The notes under the pieces: model-generated
What the model was told of the DNA's origin: nothing
The model's database searches: none
Seen by the model: the letters and a program-made list of their open reading frames with translations, nothing else
In this document: piece after piece, positions 26,826 through 34,223 of the stretch
How positions within the stretch are numbered: the first letter of the stretch is position 1
Layout: every line of letters begins with the position of its first letter
Assembly: GCA_001817055.1 (NCBI GenBank)
Contig: MHHP01000015.1
Span: 12,020-46,242, forward strand
Reading direction: 5' to 3'
Source of the DNA: Candidatus Andersenbacteria bacterium RIFCSPHIGHO2_02_FULL_45_11
GTDB lineage: Bacteria > Patescibacteriota > Andersenbacteria > UBA10190
Length of the DNA stretch: 34,223 bases
Program-made: the position numbers and the translations under genes

Positions 26826-27173
26826 CTACTTCTTTACCTGGTCTGTGATCTTCTCGAAGATGTCTGCGTGTTCTTGTGCCAGCTGAGAGAGAGCTTTGCG
26901 ATCCAGTGCAATGTTGTGTTTGCGAAGTCCGAATATGAATTTGGAATAGCTAAGACCGTGTTTTCGAACCGCTGCGTTAATCGTTACTTGCCATGCAGCG
27001 CGGAAGATAGCCTTTTTCTTTCGGCGATCACGGAAGGCATATTGACCAGCCTTCATTACAGCTTCTTTGGCTAGCTTAAATACTTTGCTTCTTCGGTTTC
27101 GGTATCCTTTTGCTCGTTTGATCCACTTTTTGTGGCGGGCTCGTTTAGGAACGCTTCGTGGTGCTCGTGGCAT
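26826..27173 (-). CDS. rplT: 50S ribosomal protein L20
   Basis: [32 protein letters not shown]; infC-rpmI-rplT synteny. Confidence 0.96.
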   Translation of the reverse strand: MPRAPRSVPKRARHKKWIKRAKGYRNRRSKVFKLAKEAVMKAGQYAFRDRRKKKAIFRAAWQVTINAAVRKHGLSYSKFIFGLRKHNIALDRKALSQLAQEHADIFEKITDQVKK

Positions 27174-27187
27174 AGAAAAAAGAAATA

Positions 27188-27382
27188 TTATGCGTAAGGA
27201 AGAAGACGCTGAATGCGTCCAAGGTCAGTTTTGTCGACTTGATGATCATTGTGTTTGCGACGCGTTTCGTTTCCGGTATCAAGGCCGTTAAAATGGGCGA
27301 TTTTTGTGCTGCGGCGCTGAACCTTCCCTGTAGAGGATAAGAAAAATCGTTTTTTTGCTGCCTTTTTCGTCTTTTGCTTCAT
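27188..27382 (-). CDS. rpmI: 50S ribosomal protein L35
   Basis: KQKTKKAAKKRF..TGK...LLPY; synteny. Confidence 0.93.
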   Translation of the reverse strand: MKQKTKKAAKKRFFLSSTGKVQRRSTKIAHFNGLDTGNETRRKHNDHQVDKTDLGRIQRLLPYA

Positions 27383-27401
27383 AAGAGTCAATCCTACAGC
27401 C

Positions 27402-27953
27402 TCATACTATTTTCGTCAATAAGACCGTGAGGCCGTGTTGCGAGCGTCCAAATGAGTCTTCTTGTTTTGCTCCGCTCGGCACCCCCTGGATGAATTCTCG
27501 GAGTTTTTGTTCCGCTAAGTCAAACCGTTGCTTTTCTCGCCCCCTAAGGCGGATTTCCAACTTTACTTTATGGCCCTGCCCAAGGAAGTCAGCAGCTTGG
27601 TTTAGGCGCAGGTTCCAGTCATGGTCATCGGTTTTCAGGCCAATACGAATACCTTTAATGTCTTTCCCTTTGCTTTTTGCTTTTTGCTTGGCATCCTTCT
27701 TGCGTTTTTCGTAAATATGCTTGCCAAGGTCAAGGATACGGACAACAGGAGGATTGGTCTTGTCTGCAACCATAACGAGATCAGAGCCTTCATCATGGGC
27801 TTTTGCAATTGCGTCTACGGTTGACATCACGCCCAGTTGAGACCCGTCACTGCCAATTAATCGCACTTCAAGTGCGGTAATTTCATCATTGGCAGGAGGC
27901 TTTTTAATCTCCTGTTTTGGGCGATGGCGATATCGTCTTCGTCTGCTAGGCAT
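27402..27953 (-). CDS. infC: Translation initiation factor IF-3
   Basis: NDEI...VRLIG..G.QLG, DLVMV, PPVVRILD.GK, GHKVK...RGRE. Confidence 0.93.
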   Translation of the reverse strand: MPSRRRRYRHRPKQEIKKPPANDEITALEVRLIGSDGSQLGVMSTVDAIAKAHDEGSDLVMVADKTNPPVVRILDLGKHIYEKRKKDAKQKAKSKGKDIKGIRIGLKTDDHDWNLRLNQAADFLGQGHKVKLEIRLRGREKQRFDLAEQKLREFIQGVPSGAKQEDSFGRSQHGLTVLLTKIV

Positions 27954-27960
27954 AGGGACT

Positions 27961-27989
27961 ATACTACTATTTTAGGGTGATAAAAGCAA
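27961..27989 (-). promoter_or_regulatory. Sigma70-type promoter of infC, TTGCTT-17-TAGTAT, 7 nt before ATG
   Basis: -35 at 27989-27984, -10 at 27966-27961. Confidence 0.6.
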
Positions 27990-28098
27990 TATTTTGACAT
28001 ATTCGCTATTCTTGATATTCTGAAATCCGCACTCCAACTACATAGTATCGAAGAAGAGGGGTGTTTTTTGTTTGTTCTTTACCAGGAGGAATGAAAGT

Positions 28099-28392
28099 AT
28101 GTGCCTTGTTCGTATACCCAGCCCAGGTGAGTTTCTGAATATTGCAGACGTGCTGCTCGTGAGCCGTAACGAGTTTGGCAGTGCTACCATTACGGTACTT
28201 GCAACAAGCGATCCGGGAGCTATCGATCCGGGGTACATGATTGTGAAGCTACTCAATGAATTTGTAGATACAGGGACGTTTCATCTGTTGAGAGTGATAT
28301 CATGTGAACACGTTCACGTGTTTGCGCACCCCTCCAGTCCACATCTGCAAGAATTGGCGAGGCTTCTTGCTCAGGCTGCGCTATTCCTGTAG
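28099..28392 (+). CDS. Small hypothetical protein
   Basis: SD AGGAGG at 28084-28089, candidate promoter TTGACA-16-TATTCT (27994-28021), terminator downstream. Confidence 0.55.
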   Translation: MCLVRIPSPGEFLNIADVLLVSRNEFGSATITVLATSDPGAIDPGYMIVKLLNEFVDTGTFHLLRVISCEHVHVFAHPSSPHLQELARLLAQAALFL

Positions 28393-28403
28393 CCGTTGCT
28401 TAT

Positions 28404-28469
28404 TGGTCCGTTGCTTTGCTTCGGACCATTTTTTTACTATAAAAAAGACCGAGTAGATTTTGCTCGGTC
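28404..28469. terminator. Two back-to-back intrinsic terminators between convergent orphan genes
   Basis: tggtccg..cggacca + T-run on plus; A-run + gaccgag..ctcggtc on minus. Confidence 0.65.
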
Positions 28470-28480
28470 GAGAAAGTTTT

Positions 28481-28831
28481 TCATAGCTCTAGCATGGGTC
28501 CTTTGCGTAACCAATCGTTTTCTTCTGGCGGTGAGCTACTTTCTTTCTGCGGTTTTTGGGGTGGTGCGAGAAAGTTTGTGAATTGCAGCATCTCGCTTAC
28601 TTTCATGTTTTCGTCTAGTTCTTGCATTGCCTGGTGTATGAGTCGTTTGTCTATCGTGTAACTGCGCAATAGCCATCGCAGCTTCGCGATTGGGGCAGTG
28701 TTTTCAGATCCTTTTTCGGCCTGATCTAGATCATCCCTAGTTAGGAATGCTGTATGAAACAGGCGGGCTAGAACGCATGCAGCCGTTTCTTGATACTGAG
28801 CGTCCAGGTCTTGAATGCTGAGAAGTGACAT
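28481..28831 (-). CDS. Hypothetical protein
   Basis: 116-aa ORF, GGAG upstream, terminator downstream. Confidence 0.55.
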   Translation of the reverse strand: MSLLSIQDLDAQYQETAACVLARLFHTAFLTRDDLDQAEKGSENTAPIAKLRWLLRSYTIDKRLIHQAMQELDENMKVSEMLQFTNFLAPPQKPQKESSSPPEENDWLRKGPMLEL

Positions 28832-29007
28832 GGCTAGTCTCCAAAAGAAGTGGGCGAAGATGTGAACTTTTGAAAGGGCATCAAGAGCGAACGCTCCAGC
28901 TTAGCCGCTACGGACTAAACGCCCTATTATACACACCCCTTTGCGAGATTGTCAATTATCAATTTTTTCTTCTTGCGAATAACTTTGTATATGGGAATGC
29001 TAGTAGT

Positions 29008-29244
29008 ATGAACACATCAACTCGCGTTCACACAAACACCAAACAAATATTGAACCTTCTTGATAAGCGGCCGTTGTCGTTTCAAGAGCTCGCGAGGAGG
29101 GTACATGAAAGCGACGAAGTGCTTTCAGAAGATATTAACGAATTAGTGCATGAAGGCGTGGTCGCCATGCGCTTTCATAATCATCATGTCACGTATAGGG
29201 TAAAGAAAATCCCGCCTCTCAAGAAAACTTGGGGCGGGGGTTAG
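29008..29244 (+). CDS. Small winged helix-turn-helix protein (ArsR/MarR-like fold)
   Basis: ILNLLDKRPLSFQELARRV...LSEDINELVHEGVV...VTYRV. Confidence 0.6.
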   Translation: MNTSTRVHTNTKQILNLLDKRPLSFQELARRVHESDEVLSEDINELVHEGVVAMRFHNHHVTYRVKKIPPLKKTWGGG

Positions 29245-29717
29245 GTTGCGATGAAGCACGGACGCGTTTCTTCCTGCTGTATTGTGAGTTCTTGAAGGAA
29301 GAGCGGGCGATGATTGCAGTTCTGGAATACCACTTCGTGGTATTGCGAAATCTGTGTTAGCTCGAGTTCGTTTCTTGCATCCTTAAGTGCGAGCCCGGTA
29401 TGCGGTGCCAATACGTAATGGTACGGATGTCGAGCGAAGGTTTTTCGTAGACGTCCCAAGTTGTCGTATTGCCGGTGCACAATCAGTTCTTCGATTTCGA
29501 ACAAGGTTGCACGCACTGTGGGCTCCCTACAAAAAAGGCCGACTTCCTCAACGAGTGTTGCTCGGGCGCATTCCCATTGTGATTTATTAGAAGGTGCCAA
29601 GTGATTCAGGGTTTTCTGGCACTGGGCGATTGCTTGTTGCGTGTTTCGAGCGCTGATAAAAGTTACCAGGTTACCGTTGAAATAGTTCAGATGAAATCGA
29701 TATGCATGCAAAGACAT
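29241..29717 (-). CDS. Hypothetical protein
   Basis: Perfect SD AAGGAGGTG upstream of ATG 29717. Confidence 0.55.
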   Translation of the reverse strand: MSLHAYRFHLNYFNGNLVTFISARNTQQAIAQCQKTLNHLAPSNKSQWECARATLVEEVGLFCREPTVRATLFEIEELIVHRQYDNLGRLRKTFARHPYHYVLAPHTGLALKDARNELELTQISQYHEVVFQNCNHRPLFLQELTIQQEETRPCFIAT

Positions 29718-29842
29718 TATCCACCTCCTTTCTAGGTTCTTACTTGATGTGAAAGGTGCAATAGGTATCAAGCGTTCAAGCTTGATTTGCGCCTACTATA
29801 TACCCAGTAGAATTGTGTGTAAATAATGCCTGGACGCTAATG

Positions 29843-30239
29843 TGGATATGGGCGGAATTGAACCGCCGTGGCAAACGCTATTCCATCATCTTCTCCGTGT
29901 GCAGCTGTTTTAAAGTACGTATGAGTGTGCAAGAAACAGCAAAGACACATTCATCCGCGCAGTGAAGTGCAGTTCGTATTTCCCTATCACTACAGTAGAG
30001 AAATTATATCCGTCTGAATTGCACCGAACGAACATCCGACGGATGACGTAAGTCGATGGCACTGGAATTTACGCCAATGCTGTCGCAAATGAAGGTGCGA
30101 ATGCGTTAGCAAAAGCAGTCTTCACGCGAGATACGAAGTTTGCACGTAACTAGTGAATTGAAGAGTTTTGCGTGTGCCCAATTCAACACACGACACGCTA
30201 ATAGATGGAAGGAACACTTGCTCGAGGCCTAGCATACCC
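29843..30239 (-). ncRNA. ssrA: tmRNA
   Basis: Acceptor stem GGGUAUG/CAUAUCC-A with G3.U70; T-arm GGCGG-UUCAAUU-CCGCC; tag ORF 30143-30069 ANFVSRVKTAFANAFAPSFATALA*. Confidence 0.9.
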
Positions 30240-30247
30240 GAATCCCT

Positions 30248-30276
30248 ACTGTACTGTATATTGACAAATTATGCAA
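30248..30276 (-). promoter_or_regulatory. Sigma70-type promoter of ssrA, TTGCAT-17-TACAGT
   Basis: -10 ends 8 nt upstream of the predicted mature 5' G. Confidence 0.55.
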
Positions 30277-30309
30277 GTTTTATTCCGCATACTGTGCTAG
30301 TATGTCTTC

Positions 30310-31287
30310 ATGTTAATAGATGAAGTAACGGTGCATTTTAAGGCAGGTGCGGGTGGGCGCGGTGCTGTTGAGTTTAATCGGACAAAGATGGCGCTGGGCC
30401 CTGTGGGAGGTTCTGGTGGTAATGGTGCATCTATTTATTTGGAAGGGGCTTCTGATATTACGGCGTTGGCGTATCTTGCAGGCCGTAAAATAGTGCAAGC
30501 GGAAGATGGCGTCCGTGGCCATGGGCAATTAACCGATGGACCTGATGGAAAAGATGTGATCATTCAGGTGCCGAATAGTACGCGTGTGATTACTGTTGAA
30601 ACGGGAGAGGCTCGTGAGATTACCGGTATTGGTGAGCGACTGTTAATAGCCGCAGGCGGTAGGGGAGGCCGTGGGAACTATAAGTTTAGGTCATCTATTC
30701 ATACGTCGCCCGTTAAATACGAAGAAGGGCGAGCTGGTGAAGAAGTAACGCTTCGCTTAGAGCTGCGCCTGATCGCGAGTATCGGATTAGTGGGGCTGCC
30801 GAATGCGGGCAAGTCGAGTTTGCTCAATCAACTCACCGCTGCGCACTCTAAGGTTGGCAATTATCCGTTCACGACACTCGAGCCAAGTCTTGGTTCATAC
30901 TACGGACTCGTCATTGCAGATATTCCGGGGCTCATTGAAGGCGCGGCTACGGGCAAGGGGCTTGGCGTGAAGTTCTTGAAACACATTGAGCGTACAAAAA
31001 CGCTGTTTCATTTAGTGTCTGCGGAATCTGATGATGTGGTGCGTGATTACAATATTATTCGCAGCGAGCTTGGGAAATATAATCCGGAACTTTTGGAGAA
31101 GCGTGAATACGTATTCTTGTCCCACTCCGATATGGTTGATGCGGATGTACTGAAAGAGAGGCTGAGGCAGTTAAAAAAAGTCAGCAAAAGCGTTGCGCCA
31201 TTATCTATTATTGACGACAGCACTTTGAAAGAAGTGAAGAAAATATTAAATGAAATTAAAACGAACGAAGGAATCCTTGACGCATAA
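30310..31287 (+). CDS. obgE: GTPase ObgE/CgtA (no C-terminal extension)
   Basis: Gly-rich Obg fold; G1 GLPNAGKS, G2 YPFTT, G3 DIPG, FLKHIERT. Confidence 0.93.
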   Translation: MLIDEVTVHFKAGAGGRGAVEFNRTKMALGPVGGSGGNGASIYLEGASDITALAYLAGRKIVQAEDGVRGHGQLTDGPDGKDVIIQVPNSTRVITVETGEAREITGIGERLLIAAGGRGGRGNYKFRSSIHTSPVKYEEGRAGEEVTLRLELRLIASIGLVGLPNAGKSSLLNQLTAAHSKVGNYPFTTLEPSLGSYYGLVIADIPGLIEGAATGKGLGVKFLKHIERTKTLFHLVSAESDDVVRDYNIIRSELGKYNPELLEKREYVFLSHSDMVDADVLKERLRQLKKVSKSVAPLSIIDDSTLKEVKKILNEIKTNEGILDA

Positions 31288-31355
31288 AAATAGTCCGAGC
31301 GTCAATACCCCCTCATCTTGACCCTATATATATAAGGGAGTACCGTAAAGAGGTT

Positions 31356-31379
31356 CACTCGCTGTTCGCGAGTGTTTTT
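31356..31379 (+). terminator. Terminator-like hairpin between obgE and the ATPase operon
   Basis: cactcgc-tgttc-gcgagtg-ttttt. Confidence 0.5.
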
Positions 31380-31407
31380 AATGAATGGATAGTTGTGCAT
31401 TATGACC

Positions 31408-31740
31408 ATGATGAAAAAAACGTTGCTCGATAGCGTGCGAGAAGTTGAGAAGGAAGCTGCACACCTGCTTCAGCGTGCAAAGGAAGCTGCTGACGAGGAA
31501 ATTGCCGAGATTAGAAAAAAGGCAGACTTAGAGCGTAGCGCAGTAGAAGAGCGAGCGGCGCAAACTACCCTAAATGTTATAGATGAACGTGTGCGTATGG
31601 CCGAAGAAGAAGCAAACCGAATTCGGGAAAACGCATCGAAGGCAGTGAATGAAATTCATATCGTTGCACGTAGAAATCGAGACAAGGCGATTGCAAAGGC
31701 AAAAGAGTTTTTGCGCAGTGAGTACGGCATATCCCTATAG
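31408..31740 (+). CDS. V/A-type ATPase peripheral stalk subunit (G/H type)
   Basis: Charged Ala/Glu/Lys/Arg helical protein directly before subunit I; start could be 31402, 31408 or 31411. Confidence 0.65.
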   Translation: MMKKTLLDSVREVEKEAAHLLQRAKEAADEEIAEIRKKADLERSAVEERAAQTTLNVIDERVRMAEEEANRIRENASKAVNEIHIVARRNRDKAIAKAKEFLRSEYGISL

Positions 31741-31746
31741 ATACCT

Positions 31747-33750
31747 ATGATTGCAGAAATGAGTAAGACTACTATCGCAATTCCTCGCTCACAGCGGGAG
31801 GGTCTCTTACAGTTTTTGCAAGAAGAATCGGTACTGCACATTATTGAGCATGATGAGGTGCTTCGCGATCAAGTACAAGAGTCAACGGACACTTCGTATC
31901 ATTTAGCGCAGCTGCAGCTTACGCTTGAGTTTATTGCGCGTATGAAAAAAGAGTTGGAGATACACGCTTCGCGCAGCTTGAAAAATTTGTTTGCAAGAAA
32001 GCCACTTGCATCCCTTGTTGATTTAGAGAGGGTTGCAATAGATGTTGAAATTCCAAGTTTGATTCAAACCGTGCAGCACATCAACGATGAGCTGGTATCG
32101 CTCGACGCTCGTATGGTGGAGGTGAGAGATTCTTTGCGCTGCCTTGATCCATGGGCTTCGCTGCTATTGTATGCGCAAGACGCTGATATGTTGCATACAA
32201 CACTGATCCATCACTTATTGATCGTATCCGCTAGGGATGAGCGTGAAGTTTTGGATGCGCTAGAGACGATTCCTACTGCGATATGGCAAGTAGTGCACCG
32301 CGATTCATCAAAGAACAGAGTGACTGTATATCTTGAATTCGTTGCACATAGTAATGATGCTGCGTTTGTCGAAGAGGTTGAGCAGCGCCTTGATGCAACG
32401 CTTGTGACTCTCCCCGTTGCGCAAGAAGAATCCATCGCAGGAAAGCATGCTGCGCTTGTGCGCGAGGAACAGATGCTCATGAAGAAACGCGTAGCAGTGC
32501 TTGCACAGGCGCGGGGCATTGTTGCTCGTGAACGTGATATTTTGTTTGCGTATGATGCTGTATTGCACCGAGAAGAGCGTGAACGAGTATCTTCCGCAGC
32601 CTGGCATTCATCCTATACTGTGGTTATATCCGGATGGGTTCCAACTACGTGGGCAGCACTTTTTACCAAGCGCCTCGCTGACGTCTTCCCTGATGCTGCG
32701 GTTGAGATGAGTAGTCCTGAGGCGCAGGATAAGGCGCCGATATTATTTCAGAACAATTCGTTGGTGCGACCATTTGAAGTTGTGACGGATTTATATGGTA
32801 AACCCGCGTATCATGAGCTGGACCCTACGGGGCCGCTCGCATTATTCTTTTTGATTTCGTTTGCATTGGCGCTTACCGATGCCGGGTATGGCGTATTGAT
32901 TATGATTGCAACACTTATTGCAGAAAAGTTTTTTCGTCTTAAGCGCGATATGCAGAAGATGATGCGCCTTCTCTTTTTCGGTGGAGCAATGACAGTTGTT
33001 ATGGGCGCGCTTACGGGCGGGTGGTTCAGTATTAATTTGGACATGCTTTCCGATGGTGTTGCGAAGGACGTACTTTTGGGAGTTAAGTTGCTAGATCCGC
33101 TCAAGCAGCCGATGTTGTTTTTGGGCATCATCTTTGGTTTTGGAGTAGTGCAGCTTCTGTATGCGTGGATTGTGCGTGGGCTGTATCATTGGAAGAGAGG
33201 CGAGAAAAACATTGCCATCATGGATGATTTTTCGTGGGTCGTACTTGTTATCACTATTATTCTTTCGATTGCATCTTCAAAAGGTTTCTTATTTGAATCT
33301 CTTGCGCTTGAATTGCAATGGCTTATGTATGCAGCATTTGCGTTCATCGTTATAACACAGGGGCGAGCGAGCAAAAACATTTTTCTACGTATCGGCGTTG
33401 GATTACTTAGTTTGAATGGACTCATTGCGTTTGTAAGTGATATGTTAAGCTATTCACGCCTTCTGGCACTGGGCCTGGCTACCGGTATTATTGGCCTTGT
33501 GGTCAATCTTATTGCATCTATGGTGCATGAGAGTATTCCGGTTGTGGGAGTAGTGCTGGCAGGCGTTGTTCTTATAGTTGGACATGTGTTCAACTTGGGT
33601 ATCAATGCGCTTGGAGCGTTTATTCACTCCGGCCGCCTTCAGTTTGTGGAGTTCTTCCCCAAATTTTTGGAAGGGGGCGGAGTGGCGTTTCGGCCATTCG
33701 GACGAGTCGGCAAGCATGTTGATGATCCGAGAGATTTTAGCAGGGTGTAG
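31747..33750 (+). CDS. ntpI: V/A-type ATP synthase subunit I (a)
   Basis: GWVP, P.Y.ELDPT, DAGYG, SDMLSYSRLLALGLA, HSGRLQFVEFFPKF.GGG..FRPF. Confidence 0.93.
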   Translation: MIAEMSKTTIAIPRSQREGLLQFLQEESVLHIIEHDEVLRDQVQESTDTSYHLAQLQLTLEFIARMKKELEIHASRSLKNLFARKPLASLVDLERVAIDVEIPSLIQTVQHINDELVSLDARMVEVRDSLRCLDPWASLLLYAQDADMLHTTLIHHLLIVSARDEREVLDALETIPTAIWQVVHRDSSKNRVTVYLEFVAHSNDAAFVEEVEQRLDATLVTLPVAQEESIAGKHAALVREEQMLMKKRVAVLAQARGIVARERDILFAYDAVLHREERERVSSAAWHSSYTVVISGWVPTTWAALFTKRLADVFPDAAVEMSSPEAQDKAPILFQNNSLVRPFEVVTDLYGKPAYHELDPTGPLALFFLISFALALTDAGYGVLIMIATLIAEKFFRLKRDMQKMMRLLFFGGAMTVVMGALTGGWFSINLDMLSDGVAKDVLLGVKLLDPLKQPMLFLGIIFGFGVVQLLYAWIVRGLYHWKRGEKNIAIMDDFSWVVLVITIILSIASSKGFLFESLALELQWLMYAAFAFIVITQGRASKNIFLRIGVGLLSLNGLIAFVSDMLSYSRLLALGLATGIIGLVVNLIASMVHESIPVVGVVLAGVVLIVGHVFNLGINALGAFIHSGRLQFVEFFPKFLEGGGVAFRPFGRVGKHVDDPRDFSRV

Positions 33751-33793
33751 TAAAGAGTATGTTTATTTCATTTATTATTAATTTCATTATTCT

Positions 33794-34223
33794 ATGATCG
33801 AGTATGGTCTTATGATCGCAATCGTTAGTGCTGCAATGGCGGCTATTCTTGCCGGTATCGGCTCTATTATAGGTGTTCGTACCGTAGGGCAGGCAAGCGC
33901 AGGTATTGTGTCTGAGGATCCGGACAAGTTTGGTAAAGTATTAATTTTAACGGCACTGCCGGGCTCCCAGGGTATTTACGGGTTCCTTGCAGCAGTTATT
34001 ATCGCAAGTAAAATTGGAATTTTGAGCGGTGCGCCAATTGATATTTCTGTTGCCCAAGGGTTTCAGATTCTTCTTGCTACCCTGCCGGTTGGTTTGCTGG
34101 GTATGTTGTCTGCAATATTCCAGGGGCGTTTGGCTGCGGCAGGTGTAAATATTGTTGCTAAAAAGCCTGATGCGGGCGGAAAAGGAGTTATTCTTGCGGC
34201 AATTGAAGAAACATATGCCGTGC
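33794..34223 (+). CDS. ntpK: V/A-type ATP synthase subunit K (4-TM proteolipid), 3'-truncated by window
   Basis: Translated by hand (absent from ORF track): MIEYG...AGIGS...EDPDKFGK...LPGSQGIYGF...IFQG...AAIEETYAV. Confidence 0.92.
   Translation, partial: MIEYGLMIAIVSAAMAAILAGIGSIIGVRTVGQASAGIVSEDPDKFGKVLILTALPGSQGIYGFLAAVIIASKIGILSGAPIDISVAQGFQILLATLPVGLLGMLSAIFQGRLAAAGVNIVAKKPDAGGKGVILAAIEETYAV

Noticed and set aside
29843-29870. tRNA gene or prophage attachment remnant
   Set aside because: The T-arm and acceptor half pair with a 5' end ~400 nt away around a tag ORF, so it is tmRNA; no integrase or duplicated 3' end was seen.
95-33781. Many 60-140 aa alternative-frame and antisense ORFs in the track
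   Set aside because: They overlap well-supported genes and show no motifs or initiation signals; treated as shadow ORFs.

Overview
Bacterial chromosome segment read in the standard genetic code. Gene content suggests a small-genome, outer-membrane-less organism such as a Patescibacteria/CPR member (inference). The centre is a ~19 kb type IV pilus locus (4635-23504) with one PilB and one PilC, two sets of minor pilins (V/W/X-like), two pilMNO(P)-like modules (one with a PilM-PilN fusion) and an embedded PMT-family protein O-mannosyltransferase. The most unusual feature is a PilW-like pilin that appears split: its missing C-terminal strands sit at the end of the next gene, a separately signal-peptided, Pro/Thr-rich cargo protein. 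The second pilin set carries paralogous NHL beta-propellers and lies between short repeat elements. Flanking genes include a UvrD-nuclease fusion, GmhB-like phosphatase, FAD oxidase, Cys-less cupredoxin, nucleotidyltransferase, PrsW protease, UDP-glucuronate decarboxylase, infC-rpmI-rplT, small orphans, tmRNA with a 24-residue tag, obgE and the start of a probably Na+-coupled V/A-type ATPase operon. Seven genes, including infC, have a -10 box 6-7 nt before the ATG, suggesting leaderless mRNAs. All calls come from reading motifs by eye; no searches were run.
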